A stretch of 64,000 nt of DNA from assembly GCA_000002445.1 (NCBI GenBank), contig CP000067.1, forward strand, positions 1,504,001 through 1,568,000, given 5' to 3'. Both the position numbers and the translations under genes were made by a program. The notes beneath the pieces were generated by a model. The model did no database searches. It was given only the letters and a program-made list of their open reading frames with translations, and had not been told where the DNA came from. Shown here in pieces: positions 49,395 to 60,787 of the stretch. Positions within the stretch are counted from its first letter, which is position 1; every line of letters begins with the position of its first letter. The stretch is from Trypanosoma brucei. Taxonomy: Eukaryota.

Positions 49395-52300
49395 AGACAC
49401 TATGGATGGATGTTGCGAAAGATCAACCCGAGTGTGCCTCCACAGTGCCGATGGTGCAACCCGCAACATGCAGAGATAGGGCCAACAATACAAACGGCCC
49501 CACCTGTTGCGACACGCACTCTTCAGAGAATCTCCGATCCGACCAAATGTACGGAATGTGATGCCACATACCAATGCCGCTCGAGTGCTGTAACGCACAT
49601 GGTAAACAAACATGGCTTTGTGCGAGCTGATGCCCTCCGGAGGATCAAATACGGCGATGCAACACCTGCAGTGGACATCCCCCCGGAGCCCCCTCCAGTG
49701 CTGGCGATCGTTCCTCTACCATCGAGCACACGAGTCCCGATGAGACCGCAGGTGCTTCATTGTACCCTTCTGTGCCTCCAAATTCGCAGTGCCAGGCCGA
49801 CTATTACACCACCTTAGAACAATACATGGCATAGGTAGCGGTAGTTGCCGCGTGAAAAGGGGGCGAGAGAACGAGTACTCATTGCAAGGAGATGGTAGAG
49901 CCCCAGCAGCGCCAGCCCCTCAGGATACACGGAAGCTGCCGTTTCAATGTGACCTGTGCGAGGCGAGCTTCGGTACACGCTCTTCCCTGTCACTACACAA
50001 GAAATTCAAACATAAAAGCATAGTGACTGAGGACGGTACCGTGGTGTTGGTGCAATTCCCTCGTAAGCGTGCCCGTGAGGGAAACGTTGACGTCCCGGGG
50101 AAGGGCGAGGTGCAGTGTGGTGTGTGCCAAAAAGTGCTCAGTTGCAGGGACTCCCTCATCCGACACTGTAAGGCTTTCCATAAAGGTGAGGGAGCCGAGC
50201 TTAAATGCAGCAAAAGCACAAAATTGCGTGCCACTGATTCCCCGCATACAAACACATCCATGTTGGTGTGCCCGACATGCGGAAGGCAGTGTGCTAGCAA
50301 AACTGGCCTCACCCTACATCAAAAGAAGATGCAAGGTATGAAGGTAAAGCACACTGTTATCAACCAACGCGGCGACTGCGAAGAAACGTCGCTGCACTTG
50401 ATGAGCTGTCCCGGTTTGAAGGAGTTACGTGTCAGGTTTGCGGTAGAAGGCGTGTGTGTGCAGGATGTATGTTTCTCTAAAAGGTTGGCACAGTTTCTCA
50501 TTGCGGTTGAACGGAGCCGGCCACAGGTGAAGTCCTCATTTAAGGTAACAGTCATACAACCCACTCTCCCTTCTGCAACTTCCCCCCTTATTACCGAGTG
50601 TGGAGCTAGCAGGAAAAGCACCGGACGCAGGAATAGTCCAGACACCCTTACAGACAGAGGGGGTATGCAATCAACAAGCAACAGAAACAGAAAGAGGGGG
50701 AGAGAATAATAAACGAATAACAAAAATCAAAACAAAAGGATTGCTAATTGACATCTTTTGGAGAGTCCGGGGTGAGGGGGGCTTCTCGCCCCTTCTGCTG
50801 TATTCCGTTCAACTGTAGAGCTACAACAAAAATTATAGAGGGTGTGTTAGGATGAATAAAAAAGGGAGACTCTGCCACAGTCGCCAGACCGATAGCATCT
50901 CAGGGCTCTACGGTGATGGCTGATGGCCGCGCCAGTGGGGGGAAACTCCCACGAAGGCACGAAGAAAATTCCAAAAAAAAAATTAACTTTTCATGTGACA
51001 TCCCGGATTTTTACTCCTCTAAAAGGTTGATAAACCGCTTGAACCGGGGGTTGAAGTTTATTACTCACACTTGTTGGTTATTTTTCTCGAAATTACATTC
51101 AAAATAACATTGGATTGCATTTTCTTCTGTCTCTCTGTCTCTCTCTCTATATATATGTATATCTCTCTTAAAAACCTTAAAATACTTCAATCTCTCACAT
51201 TTGCAGGTCATGGCGTTGTGTGGATAACTTCTTCTGCCACCATGGCTCTAAGCACAACTTTAGCAACTATTGTAGCTGCTTTGGTCAACGACTGATAAGT
51301 AAAGTTCAGCTGGTTTCCAATTAGCTGCATTACTGTCCTCCTTTTTACCTGCAGTTCATGCGTTATGGCTGGTTATAAATCTGAAGGTAGTTTCGCGCCG
51401 TTTATTGTTTATTATTATTTTTCGATATATATGGTCTTGTTGTTGTGTGTGATAATGCAGTTTGAATTCTTTTTATATGGACGACTCTTTAGTGTAAAAC
51501 CAATTTTTCGCAGGTGACAGATTTATTTGTAATTCAAAACTCCAATTTATCTCCATTTCAAGGTTGCAACACATCTTCATCCCTCATCCATTAAATTCCC
51601 ATCTATGTTTCATTATCTCATCTAGTTATCGCTCCAACCATCGAAAACGTTATATATCAAAATTTTAAATTTTATCTTTTTTAGCCGTATCTATTTTCCA
51701 CATTTTCATCTATGCTTGTTATTTTTAGAATAACAAATACCAGCAGGCTTTTTTGTGGAAACAACTCCATGCCTGTTTGTGGTGCGTATCGTGCTGCTGT
51801 GAGGCCAAAAGAGGCTTAATGCCTGGAAAATTGAGGCTACAAAGTGCTTTAAAGCTGATTTTTGTTTTTTGTGCTGCTATATGCTGGTCAAGCAACCACT
51901 TTTTAATTAATTACTCGCTCCTTCAAACGTTTTGATCTTTATCCAGTATACCAATGTTGAATAAAGTAACATACCCATCGATCCTCTATACTTCATAGAC
52001 TTCCTTCATCTCTTCATATGTTTTCTATTTAAAAAATCCTTATTCTTATTTTAATTCTGCTGTCAACGATTATCCATTAGTAGTCCTGGTTTTAAAATTT
52101 TCTCCCACTCGTATTATGTCTGGTCCACAAGCGTTAGCACTTATTACTATATCTGCATAGAAGAAGAATTTAACATTACTTTACACCTACTTAATTTTTC
52201 TTTTTGCTTCCTTTTCTTCACAAATAAATACCAGTATCTGCCTTCAGATTAAAATATATGACTTCCACTATCTCTGTAGTAGCATCTATACTTTCTTGAG

Positions 52301-52689
52301 TAAAGAACAGTGTATTATCTGCTCCTCCCAATGTATTACTTTTTTGCTGTGATCTGGTGTCTGCTGTTCAGTTGGTTTATTACATATTTTCCTTTCGTAT
52401 TTTTCGTAAAATGTTTATATTTCTGCAGGAAACGAAGAAATGACATTTCCTCGTGCACTTGCTCCTGTCTCTCCGTTATCTTACATGTGTAATGAAGATT
52501 ATCGTCGTGCTCTATTTGAAGTTGTGTATGTAAAATCTCCATTCCCTCTTTTGCTGCCTTTCCTTCAATAATATTCATCGCGCTCTATCTCAAACACGCT
52601 CATAAACTTTCTTTGCACCCTTGCAATTGTTTCAAGTGCTTATATCATGGCCATCCTTTTTCTCTCCGCCATCATCTTTTTCATAATAG

Positions 52690-52760
52690 TAATATATGCA
52701 CACTAACCAGACTCTCTTATCATCATTATTTCTATTACCGTATTACTGTTAAGACCCTAA
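52690..52760 (-). repeat. 70-bp-repeat-type element
   Basis: tatatgcacactaaccagactctcttatcatcattatttctattaccgtattactg. Confidence 0.5.
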
Positions 52761-52995
52761 TTAGTATTCATAAAAAACAAAGTAAACCTAATTAAAATAG
52801 CACTCACTTTTTACACCCTATGACCATACTACTTTGCACCCACATGTATGCCACTTTCATTCAAAATTTAAAAAATTTTCTATAATTTTCATATTTCATT
52901 AAAAATTGTTGAAATATATCAAATTTTACCAAATTTAGCAAATTCTACCAAATTTTCATAAATTTCACAGAATTGGGCTGAAATGCTTAAAATTC

Positions 52996-54722
52996 TCAAG
53001 ATGACACCAAACTCATAAAAATAGCAGCGATCAGGGGAATTTTGTTATTCACAATAAAACTACAATTTCGGCGTTTTTCTTTCTCTTTGTCATCCTCGTT
53101 TTATTTTTCATTTATGAGTGCATAATTTTGTTTGTTTCCTTTTTTGTCATTTTCACAAGCGGTCTTATCAGTGCCTTTCTTTGCACAACTAAATGCTCCT
53201 GCTGTTTCTATTTTTCTTTCCGTTCTTGCAGATGCTCTCTACGGTTTTAGCTATGCATTATTTTTTGTGTCACATTCGCAGCCCGCGGCCGTGCATCCTT
53301 CTGCTGTTTTGTTGGTGGCAGCCTTGCATTTATTCTGTTTTTCTGCTGTTGGTTGCTTGTTGACTGCTGCGTCGACTGAACCTTGAGCTCGTTCAACAAA
53401 TTTTCCAGCATCAAAGCTATTATCATTTGTTGCTCCAGATCGTTTGCTGCGCTTACCAACGCCGTTGCTTCCTGTGCTGTATATTTTGTTTCATCTAGCT
53501 TTGCGACTACTTTCCGCGCCGCTTCCACCCAAGGTATGCCAGTCTGGCTTCCCAGAAACTTCTTGTAGTTGACGCAGATGCCTTTGCTCGCCGCTCCTAT
53601 CACATCCCCATTACTTTGAGTATCAACGCAGTCGGGTTCTCCGTTGTGCAGGCCGTGTGCTACCAGAATTGTGTTTGCGCGTTAGGGGCCGTTGCCGAGA
53701 TTATCGCTCCTTTCCCTCGGCTGGCGAAGATTATGCTGATCTGATTTTCCACTGTTTGTGCAGTGAGCGCGGGGTCCTTTTCATTGATGCTTTTGATGCA
53801 TTCGCCGTGTTTTTTTTTTCCAGTCGTTGGCTGCAGCTGTTTGTGTGCCTCCTATTGTTAGGCCGCTTAATGCCGCTGAGAAACAAAAGTTGGTCGTGTG
53901 GCTGTTGCTACCTTCGCATAGGTATGCAATATTCGTTGCAAGGCAGCCGCCGCCTTTGCCCGGTTTGCCGTCCGCTGCTGATCCTGCGCAGATAGATGAA
54001 TGCTATACTGCTGCTGGCCGCAGAAAGTCGCTCTCCGCCGGCTGGTTTGTCCAGGGTTCTGCTGCCTTAAGTTGTTCTGCCGTTGTGAATTTTCTGCGTA
54101 ACCTTCACCGTAGAGTGCTTTGATCGCCGCTTTTCTGCCTCTTTTCTGCCACTTTCTGCCACTTCTGCCGCTGTAATTTCCTTCCTTTTCACGTTTGTCG
54201 CCCTTTTTTTTGTTGCAGCGCTCGGTCCGTGCATTGGCGAAATACTGGCCTCAGCTGCTTGCGTTTATATTCCGGTAAAGGTAATTCGAATTTTGAGTTA
54301 AATCCTTTTCCGTTGTCGTCTGCCTTCGTTAGATCTTCGTAAACGCTGCGCATCTCCTCAACTTCTTTAAAGTCGCCGCTTTCGAAATAACCGTCCTTTT
54401 TAGCGTCTTTAATTTTCGACCATTCGCTGTATTTGTTTTTTTCTTTCAATACTTCTTCCTTGTCAGGTTGCAAAACGGTTAGGTTAAGCTTCTTGATTCT
54501 GGCGATAATGCCGTTCATAGCTTGTCCAATCGGTACGTTATTTTCTGGCTTGTCTGGTGGTTGATCGTTGACTGACACAGTCGGCATCGGTTTGCTTTAA
54601 AGCTTGAAAAGCTCACACAAATCTCTAAATTCTTTTGAATTTTCTTGTGCTGGTGCTGCGTGCTTCATTAGCGATACAATTATAACGAGTGCTGCAAGGC
54701 AAAACCGCGGTTTCTTCATCAT
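52996..54722 (-). pseudogene. VSG: VSG pseudogene (degenerate, multiple stops and frameshifts)
   Basis: The N-terminus from the ATG at 54722 is MMKKPRFCLAALVIIVSLMKHAAPAQENSKEFRDLCELFKL, a signal peptide plus an EFxxLCxL motif, then a stop. ORF 54189-54587 follows. ORF 53247-53603 carries GICVNYKKF...IPW, which resembles ICVNYKTADDKTNIIPW of VSG 507-1997. The C-terminal piece CAKKGTDKTACENDKKGNKQN ... NCSFIVNNKIPLIAAIFMSLVSS ends at 52996. The 16-mer-like attgttgaaatatatca at 52905-52921 is downstream. Confidence 0.6.
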
Positions 54723-57174
54723 AGTTTTTTTTTTGCTATAACAAAATAATAAAGTTTAAAGTGCACTTGCAAAAAGTGTAAAAATATTATTTGTGAAACC
54801 TAGGGGGCTCCTTATGAAAGGATATCAACACCGTGCTTTATAAACAAGAAAGTCAACATCTGCTCCGTTACTCTTATCAAATGAGTCACATGTAACTAAA
54901 TATCGTGGAAAAACAAAGGTTTAACCTTTGAAAATTTCCAGGGAGGACATAAAAAACAACTGGTGTCATTTTTTAATTAATAAAATCCATATAAACATAT
55001 ATTTACAGTGCACGCAAAGATAAGATTCCATTAAATACGTAAATATAAGAAACTTAACATTTCAACAATTAGGGTTGTATGAAGCGTTACTGCTGTGTGC
55101 AACGGCAAAAAGAGAAATATTAAGAGCTTTTAAAAGATCAACGTCTATGTTAAATAAAGGCGGTCTACATCTGCTACAGCTCTCCAAAACAAAAAACTAT
55201 ATGTTTAGTCCTCTTTGCTGCCAACAAGGGTTAACCACATAAGTCAAGATAAATATAGAAAGCCATATTACAGAAGCTCTACCATGACCTAAATCTTGTA
55301 CTTCAACAAGTCTCCGATATAATTTAAAATTATATATCAGTCTACATCTATTGTATCTATTTGTTACTCATTTCTGTCCCGCAGTTTTTTTCAAATATCA
55401 CACATATTTTTTATTTCTTGAAATTAAAACTTTATGTCTTGTAGTCTGTGTTAGTGCAGGCTAATTCCTTCATTGGACACGTTATGTCAGTAACAATAAA
55501 ATATCCGTGTTTAGGCCGTGTCCATGGCATTTTATGAGATTCCTTGGACCACTGGCTCCTTTTATGATGTTTCCATTAACTTTTTTGTAGTTTGATCCCT
55601 TTCTTCAACAGTTTTGTCTCCTTCTACATTTTTATTGCCTTAATTGGTGAGGATCGTTCTTCGTGCTGGTACGGAGCACTTGTACCTTGGGAGATCTTAA
55701 TGTCTGTCCAGTACAAAAATGCAGAATTGGATGAATATCATCATCTATTTTTCCACATTATAAACCTTCTCTAAATACTTATTAATACACTAGGTTAAGC
55801 GGTTACAGTAATTTTATTTTTCTTTCCACCATTGTCTATCATCAATCGAATTTTTATACTTCTAGAATATTACACTGTTGATGACAGGTGTTGACAATTA
55901 TTACTTTATCTTGTGAAAAGAAGAGTCAATATTACTTCATACTTTTCAGTCCATTTCACCTCCAGTTGCTTCTTCTGCGTAGATGGACATTATGGTCAAC
56001 CATCGTTTTTAAAGTCACAATCACTACTATCATCTCTGAAGTACCATCTATCTATTTTGAGAGAAATATGTTTTTTTGAGGCTTGCCGGTTGATCGCACT
56101 GATCATTTTTAATTTCCTTTGTAGTCACACCTTCTAACTGTACAGCCAATTCAGGTCCATACTATATGTGTCTATCATCTTACTTTTTTCGCATGGACAT
56201 TATGAACATTGAATAAGAGTCGCCGCTACTAGTTTCTTTGATACTACTTCCCTTTGGAACTTAAGTACTCCTGTTTCTTCCATTTGAGCTATTTATTTTT
56301 AAACTTGTGTGCTATATTTTGACTCCTTTTAAACATAGCGATACAGAAAGCTTTAGGGGAACAAGAACCTTGTGTAGAACAGCTAGGCTACTGTGGTTTC
56401 TATAAGCTAAGGTGGATTCAATCAACCTCTATTAAATCATTTTGCTTTTAGTCTGCTGCCTCCGTCATTTAGGACGAACTTTCCTCACCTCTACCTGTCT
56501 TCGTTTTAGAAAAACAACAAAATACTTGATTCTATTCAATAACCTTGACAGTTACCGTGAGTGTAAAGGGGTACTAAGTGTCAGTGTGTCTTGGCTACTT
56601 TTGAAGAAATACCACTTTTTTTGTTTTCAACGTTTATACTTCAGTGCATATTTCCGTTTACTGCCAGTCTTTCAAAATCCGGTGTTTTTTCTAGTTTCTG
56701 CAAGTTTTTGTTGAAATAATCAACTGATTCAGTTGGTACAAGATATTATTTGCGCTTTACTTCCAGTGAAGGGCACGCATTTAAACGAATAATATATCCT
56801 TTAGGTAGTAAATTTTCTGAAACAGTGGCGGTCACTGATCCAGATGTTTCGGTGTCTATTTTTGTTTTTACCATTTTGTCTCCTGCCAATGTTTGTTCAG
56901 ATAACGTAATAACGCCATTTGACATTGCAATGAACTCTCTCCCTCTCTATCATTGTCTTCTATATTATTTCTTTGTGTATAATGATGCCCCTATCCAAAT
57001 TTATATTTGCAACTGCGTCTGTTCTATATACCATCTCTCTTTCTGTATTTTAGAGTTTTCTCTAATAATGTAAGTCATGCTATCTCTTTTACTTATTTAC
57101 TCCCATTGCGACCTTACCGTCATTTTAAGTGATCGTATTGTGTTACCTCATCTATTCTCCACCACAAGTCTTAT

Positions 57175-57260
57175 TATAACATTCGTATACACACACTCCC
57201 ACAACATTCTCCTGTGAATATTATTACCATTATTATTATTACTACTTTTATTATAATACG
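57175..57260 (-). repeat. 70-bp repeat
   Basis: tatacacacactcccacaacattctcctgtgaatattattaccattattattattactacttttattataatac. Confidence 0.65.
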
Positions 57261-57550
57261 AGTGCATTCACATTTACATTTTATTCCGCTACAACTATAA
57301 ACCTGTTTGATATGCGTATAGTAACCCCAACTAATAGCCATAAAATAAACAGAATAAACCAAATTAAAACTGCAGTAATTTTTGATACTCTATCACATTA
57401 CTACTTTTCTCCCACAATCCACAGTCATACATATTTTTCAAGTTCTTCAAAAGTTGCACGTTTTGAAAAGTGTATACAAAAGTGTATACAAAAGCGTTGA
57501 AGTATGTAAAATATTTAAAAATGTTAGCAATTTCATAAATTATATAAATC

Positions 57551-59239
57551 TCATAGATTGGTAAAAAATACGTTGAGTTTTCGAACTCTTAAAGCTGAAA
57601 AACTTACAAAAGCAGCAGCCAGCAGAGTCAATTTCGTATTTACAAGAGTGCTGAAGTGCTTGCATTTATCCTCAATCCATCCACATTTAGGTTTTTCTCC
57701 CGGACCTAGTCCTGAATTCTCTGCCTCACACTCCTCTCTTTTCGTGCAATAAGAGGATTTTTTACCTGCTTTGTTTCTTTCTTCTGCTTTTTATGCTTCC
57801 TTCTTGTGTTCCTCACTCAAAGTCCACTTTTTGCCTTTGTCATTTGTAAAAACAAAATGACAGCCCTTTTCCTTCAGTTTTCTGCATGCTGCCGCGTCTA
57901 GAGCCTCATTGCAAACTTTTTCTGCCTTTTCTCCCTTAGTGTTTATTTCTGCTTGTGCCTGTGCTTTGTTGCTGTTGTTCGGGGATGGTGGTGGAAGTGC
58001 GGTTATCATTCTATACAGCTGTCGGGCTTGCCGGACTAGATCTTCAAGGGTCCTAATACCGATTTGTAAGTCGGCTTGCGCTTCGGCCAATTGCTCGAGG
58101 TCGACAGCAGCAGCCGCAAGTTCGTTGTACCAGTATATGCCTGCTGCTCTACCTGCATCCTTAAATGCATTACTGTAGTCGATGCACAGCTTGCCAGCGT
58201 GAGCGCCGCACGCATTGCTGTCGCTTTCTCCCAGGTAAATGGTGGCTTGCGATGCGATGTCTTTGGTTGCGTCCTGCTTGAGCCGGCTGTTGAATGCTGC
58301 TAGGGCCATGCGGATGTTGGATGCCGATAAAGGCTTTTTCGGTCTCTGTTGGCATTTCTGTTGTAATACTTGCCACGCCGCCTTTTTTCCGTTTAGATCG
58401 CAGCTTTCCCAGCTCCCTGTGCTGCACCCGGTTGATGCAAAGCCGCATGGCTGCCTTGATGAGCTTGTCGTATCTGCCATGCAAAGACAGAACATGTCTG
58501 TGACTAGACTTTTGCCTGTGTTAGGTTCCTTGCACCCCGCGGCGCGGTTGGCTCCAGGCGTGTGACCGGTGTCGGCCCCGCCGGTTAGAGCTTTCAGGTT
58601 TTGACCGTACAGGGCATTGGATAGCTTGGTGTTTGCCGGGCATTTGTCCGGGTCGGCTTGTTCAGAAGCCTGTTGGACCAGTCTTGTGTGTTCAATAGCT
58701 GCTTCCTTTGCTAATTTATGTATTGCTGCTTGGAAAGGCCGTGCTAGCGCATTGGTTCTAGCTGCTGACGGTATCTCTGGGTATCTTCTGGGTGTTTGCT
58801 CCTTCACTGCTTCCTTGATTGCTCTCCATTTTAGCCAGTGGTCCTTACATTCGGCTGTGCTCTCTGTTTGAGTTTTACACGAGCCCTCCGCTGCAGCGTT
58901 GTCGTCCTGTAAGTGTCCGTCAGGTACGTTGGTGATATTTTCTGCATCGGTTGTTGCTGCCACAAATTGATTTATTTCGTCGACAGCTGTTGTTGGTATT
59001 GTTATTTTTGAGTACGCCTCCGCTATACTTGCTGAAGCCAGTCGCTCGAGGTCGCACAGCACCGCGAAATCTGCTGCGTTTGCACCGTCTAGTGCCGCAC
59101 CCATCACTTGTGGCGCACTAAGTAGAACGTAACCCATCATTGCTAACAGAAGCGTTGATGCAGCCGTGATACTGTTTGTGTTCCACTTTTCTTTGTTTAG
59201 TTCCTGCTTTTTGAGCATAAAACTTCGTATGGCAGTCAA
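57551..59239 (-). pseudogene. VSG: VSG pseudogene inactivated by a single in-frame TAA (57788-57790); C-terminal GPI signal degenerate
   Basis: The 482-aa ORF 57791-59239 has a signal region (...LLLAMMGYVLLSAPQVMGAALDGANAADFAVLCDL). After the TAA the same frame continues as KAEERNKAGKKSSYCTKREECEAENSGLGPGEKPKCGWIEDKCKHFSTLVNTKLTLLAAAFVSFSAL to the stop at 57551. Confidence 0.75.
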
Positions 59240-60569
59240 AGTACCGCGTCTTTTGTTGATTAAAGTTGATTATTAAGTCATGTACTTTTTCCAGTGTTTC
59301 TCGTGCCGTGTTTTTCTTACGACCGATGTATGTTATTTTGCCCCTGTTTATACGTCAAACGTGCCGTCGTGGCGGCATTAAATATAACATTTTCCCCCGA
59401 AAATTTGTGCTTGGTAGAAAACTCATTATAAATAGTGGTTTGCTATAGTTGGTTTCATTGTCTTGCAATTTGGCACATCGATAATTTTACTTTTGGCCGG
59501 TTGCTTTCGGATATTATCGTTTTTCCTTCCAGCGTCAATGAAAGAATAACACAGACATTAGCAGCCGTTTCCCGCGGGTTCTATACCGCCTGCAATCTTT
59601 TGCAACTTGCTGCTTGTTGCACTTTTTTCACGGTTTGTGTTTATTCTCTGCAGGTTTTGTTGTTTATGTTTTTGATAAGGGGTTTTCTTTCTTTTTTGTG
59701 CCTCTTATCGTGGACATAGGTGTAAATAGATTCTAGCTGTTTTGTATTTTTAATGGGAAAATAAAAAGGGAGCATGTTTTGGGCTACTATTTTGGAAAGT
59801 CAGTGACGTTAAAAGAACTTATTTAGGCCGCGGTTTTCCCTATTGTGTAATACCAATATGCCTTGATCCGTACATCTATCTAATATAATTAAACCTTATG
59901 GCTGCAGCTGCAGGGTTTCAGAAGTTGTTCTGCTGGCTGTCTCGTATGGACTTGTAATAACAAGATATCGTTTTTTTGCACACACTCCCCACCTACCTCC
60001 AGTTTTTTCGACGAACTGTTGGTTTCCACCACAAGCTGTTGATGGTTGCCATCTTCTGCACAGACAGCATTTTGCCCTGCTTCTTCTTTTCAGATTTGCG
60101 CCGCTAATCAACTGTATGCGATTACCTTTATATGGATTAATCGGTCTTTGAACAGCTTTAGTGTCAGGCGTTTGAATCAATGTGGTAGTAGAGGTGCACC
60201 ATTACTGATTGATGCTCCTCTTAAACATACTATTTTACAATGTGTTCGTTGTATTTTCATATTTTGGTGTTTTTTTTTGCCAGAACTTTAAACGTTTTAA
60301 TCTGTTCTTTTTCATCGCTGCGTGCAACATGGTAGTTATATTTTGTCTCTTCAGCGCTTTATGCCTCATTATTATTTCGCATCATTATCCCTTGTTTCTT
60401 TGTTGGTTTCACAGTGAATATAATCTTTCTCCATTGTACATTGTCCTCCATAATAATATCCCTTGTCATTCATGTCCCTTATATGTCATCACATATCCCC
60501 ATTTTACCCCTGATATTGTTTCAAATGCTCCTATATTAGGCGCCAATTTAGTATTCACCACTATGTTTT

Positions 60570-60660
60570 GTAACATTAGTATACACACACTCAGAACATT
60601 TTTTAATTTTTTCCTTTGTGTTGTCATCATAGGTACTATTAATATTATAGCCCTAACAGA
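60570..60660 (-). repeat. 70-bp-repeat-type element
   Basis: cattagtatacacacactcagaacatttttt, with triplet-poor flanks. Confidence 0.4.
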
Positions 60661-60787
60661 CAGAAAAAGCAATATAAACTAAAATATACTAGCGTTTTAT
60701 ATAAGTCTAAAAAATCATTTAAAATATCATATTTTTATAAATTTCATAAAATGGAGCAAAAAAATTTACCAATAATTATTAAAAGTA

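Larger units (their letters stand above)
46027..50985 (+). mobile_element. ingi: ingi-family non-LTR (LINE) retrotransposon, degenerate copy; 3' boundary approximate
   Basis: The 5' end carries the Pr77/RIME hallmark ccctggcgatgctggccacatcaacgtggtgccagggtccagtacc. A single polyprotein is broken into ORFs 46011-47807 (2A-like peptide plus AP endonuclease plus RT), 47814-48092 (RT continuation), 48165-49394 (RNase H: ELWTDGSVSLGEKSGAAALLY) and 49410-50709 (several C2H2 zinc fingers). An A10 run lies at ~50970-50985. The element faces antisense to the VSG array. Confidence 0.85.

Noticed and set aside
50985-51290. Possible extension of the ingi 3' end to ~51280, to reach the canonical 5.2 kb length
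   Set aside because: No ingi-like ORF continuation and no second poly-A or target-site duplication could be recognised by eye. The boundary is therefore left at the A10 run and flagged as approximate.
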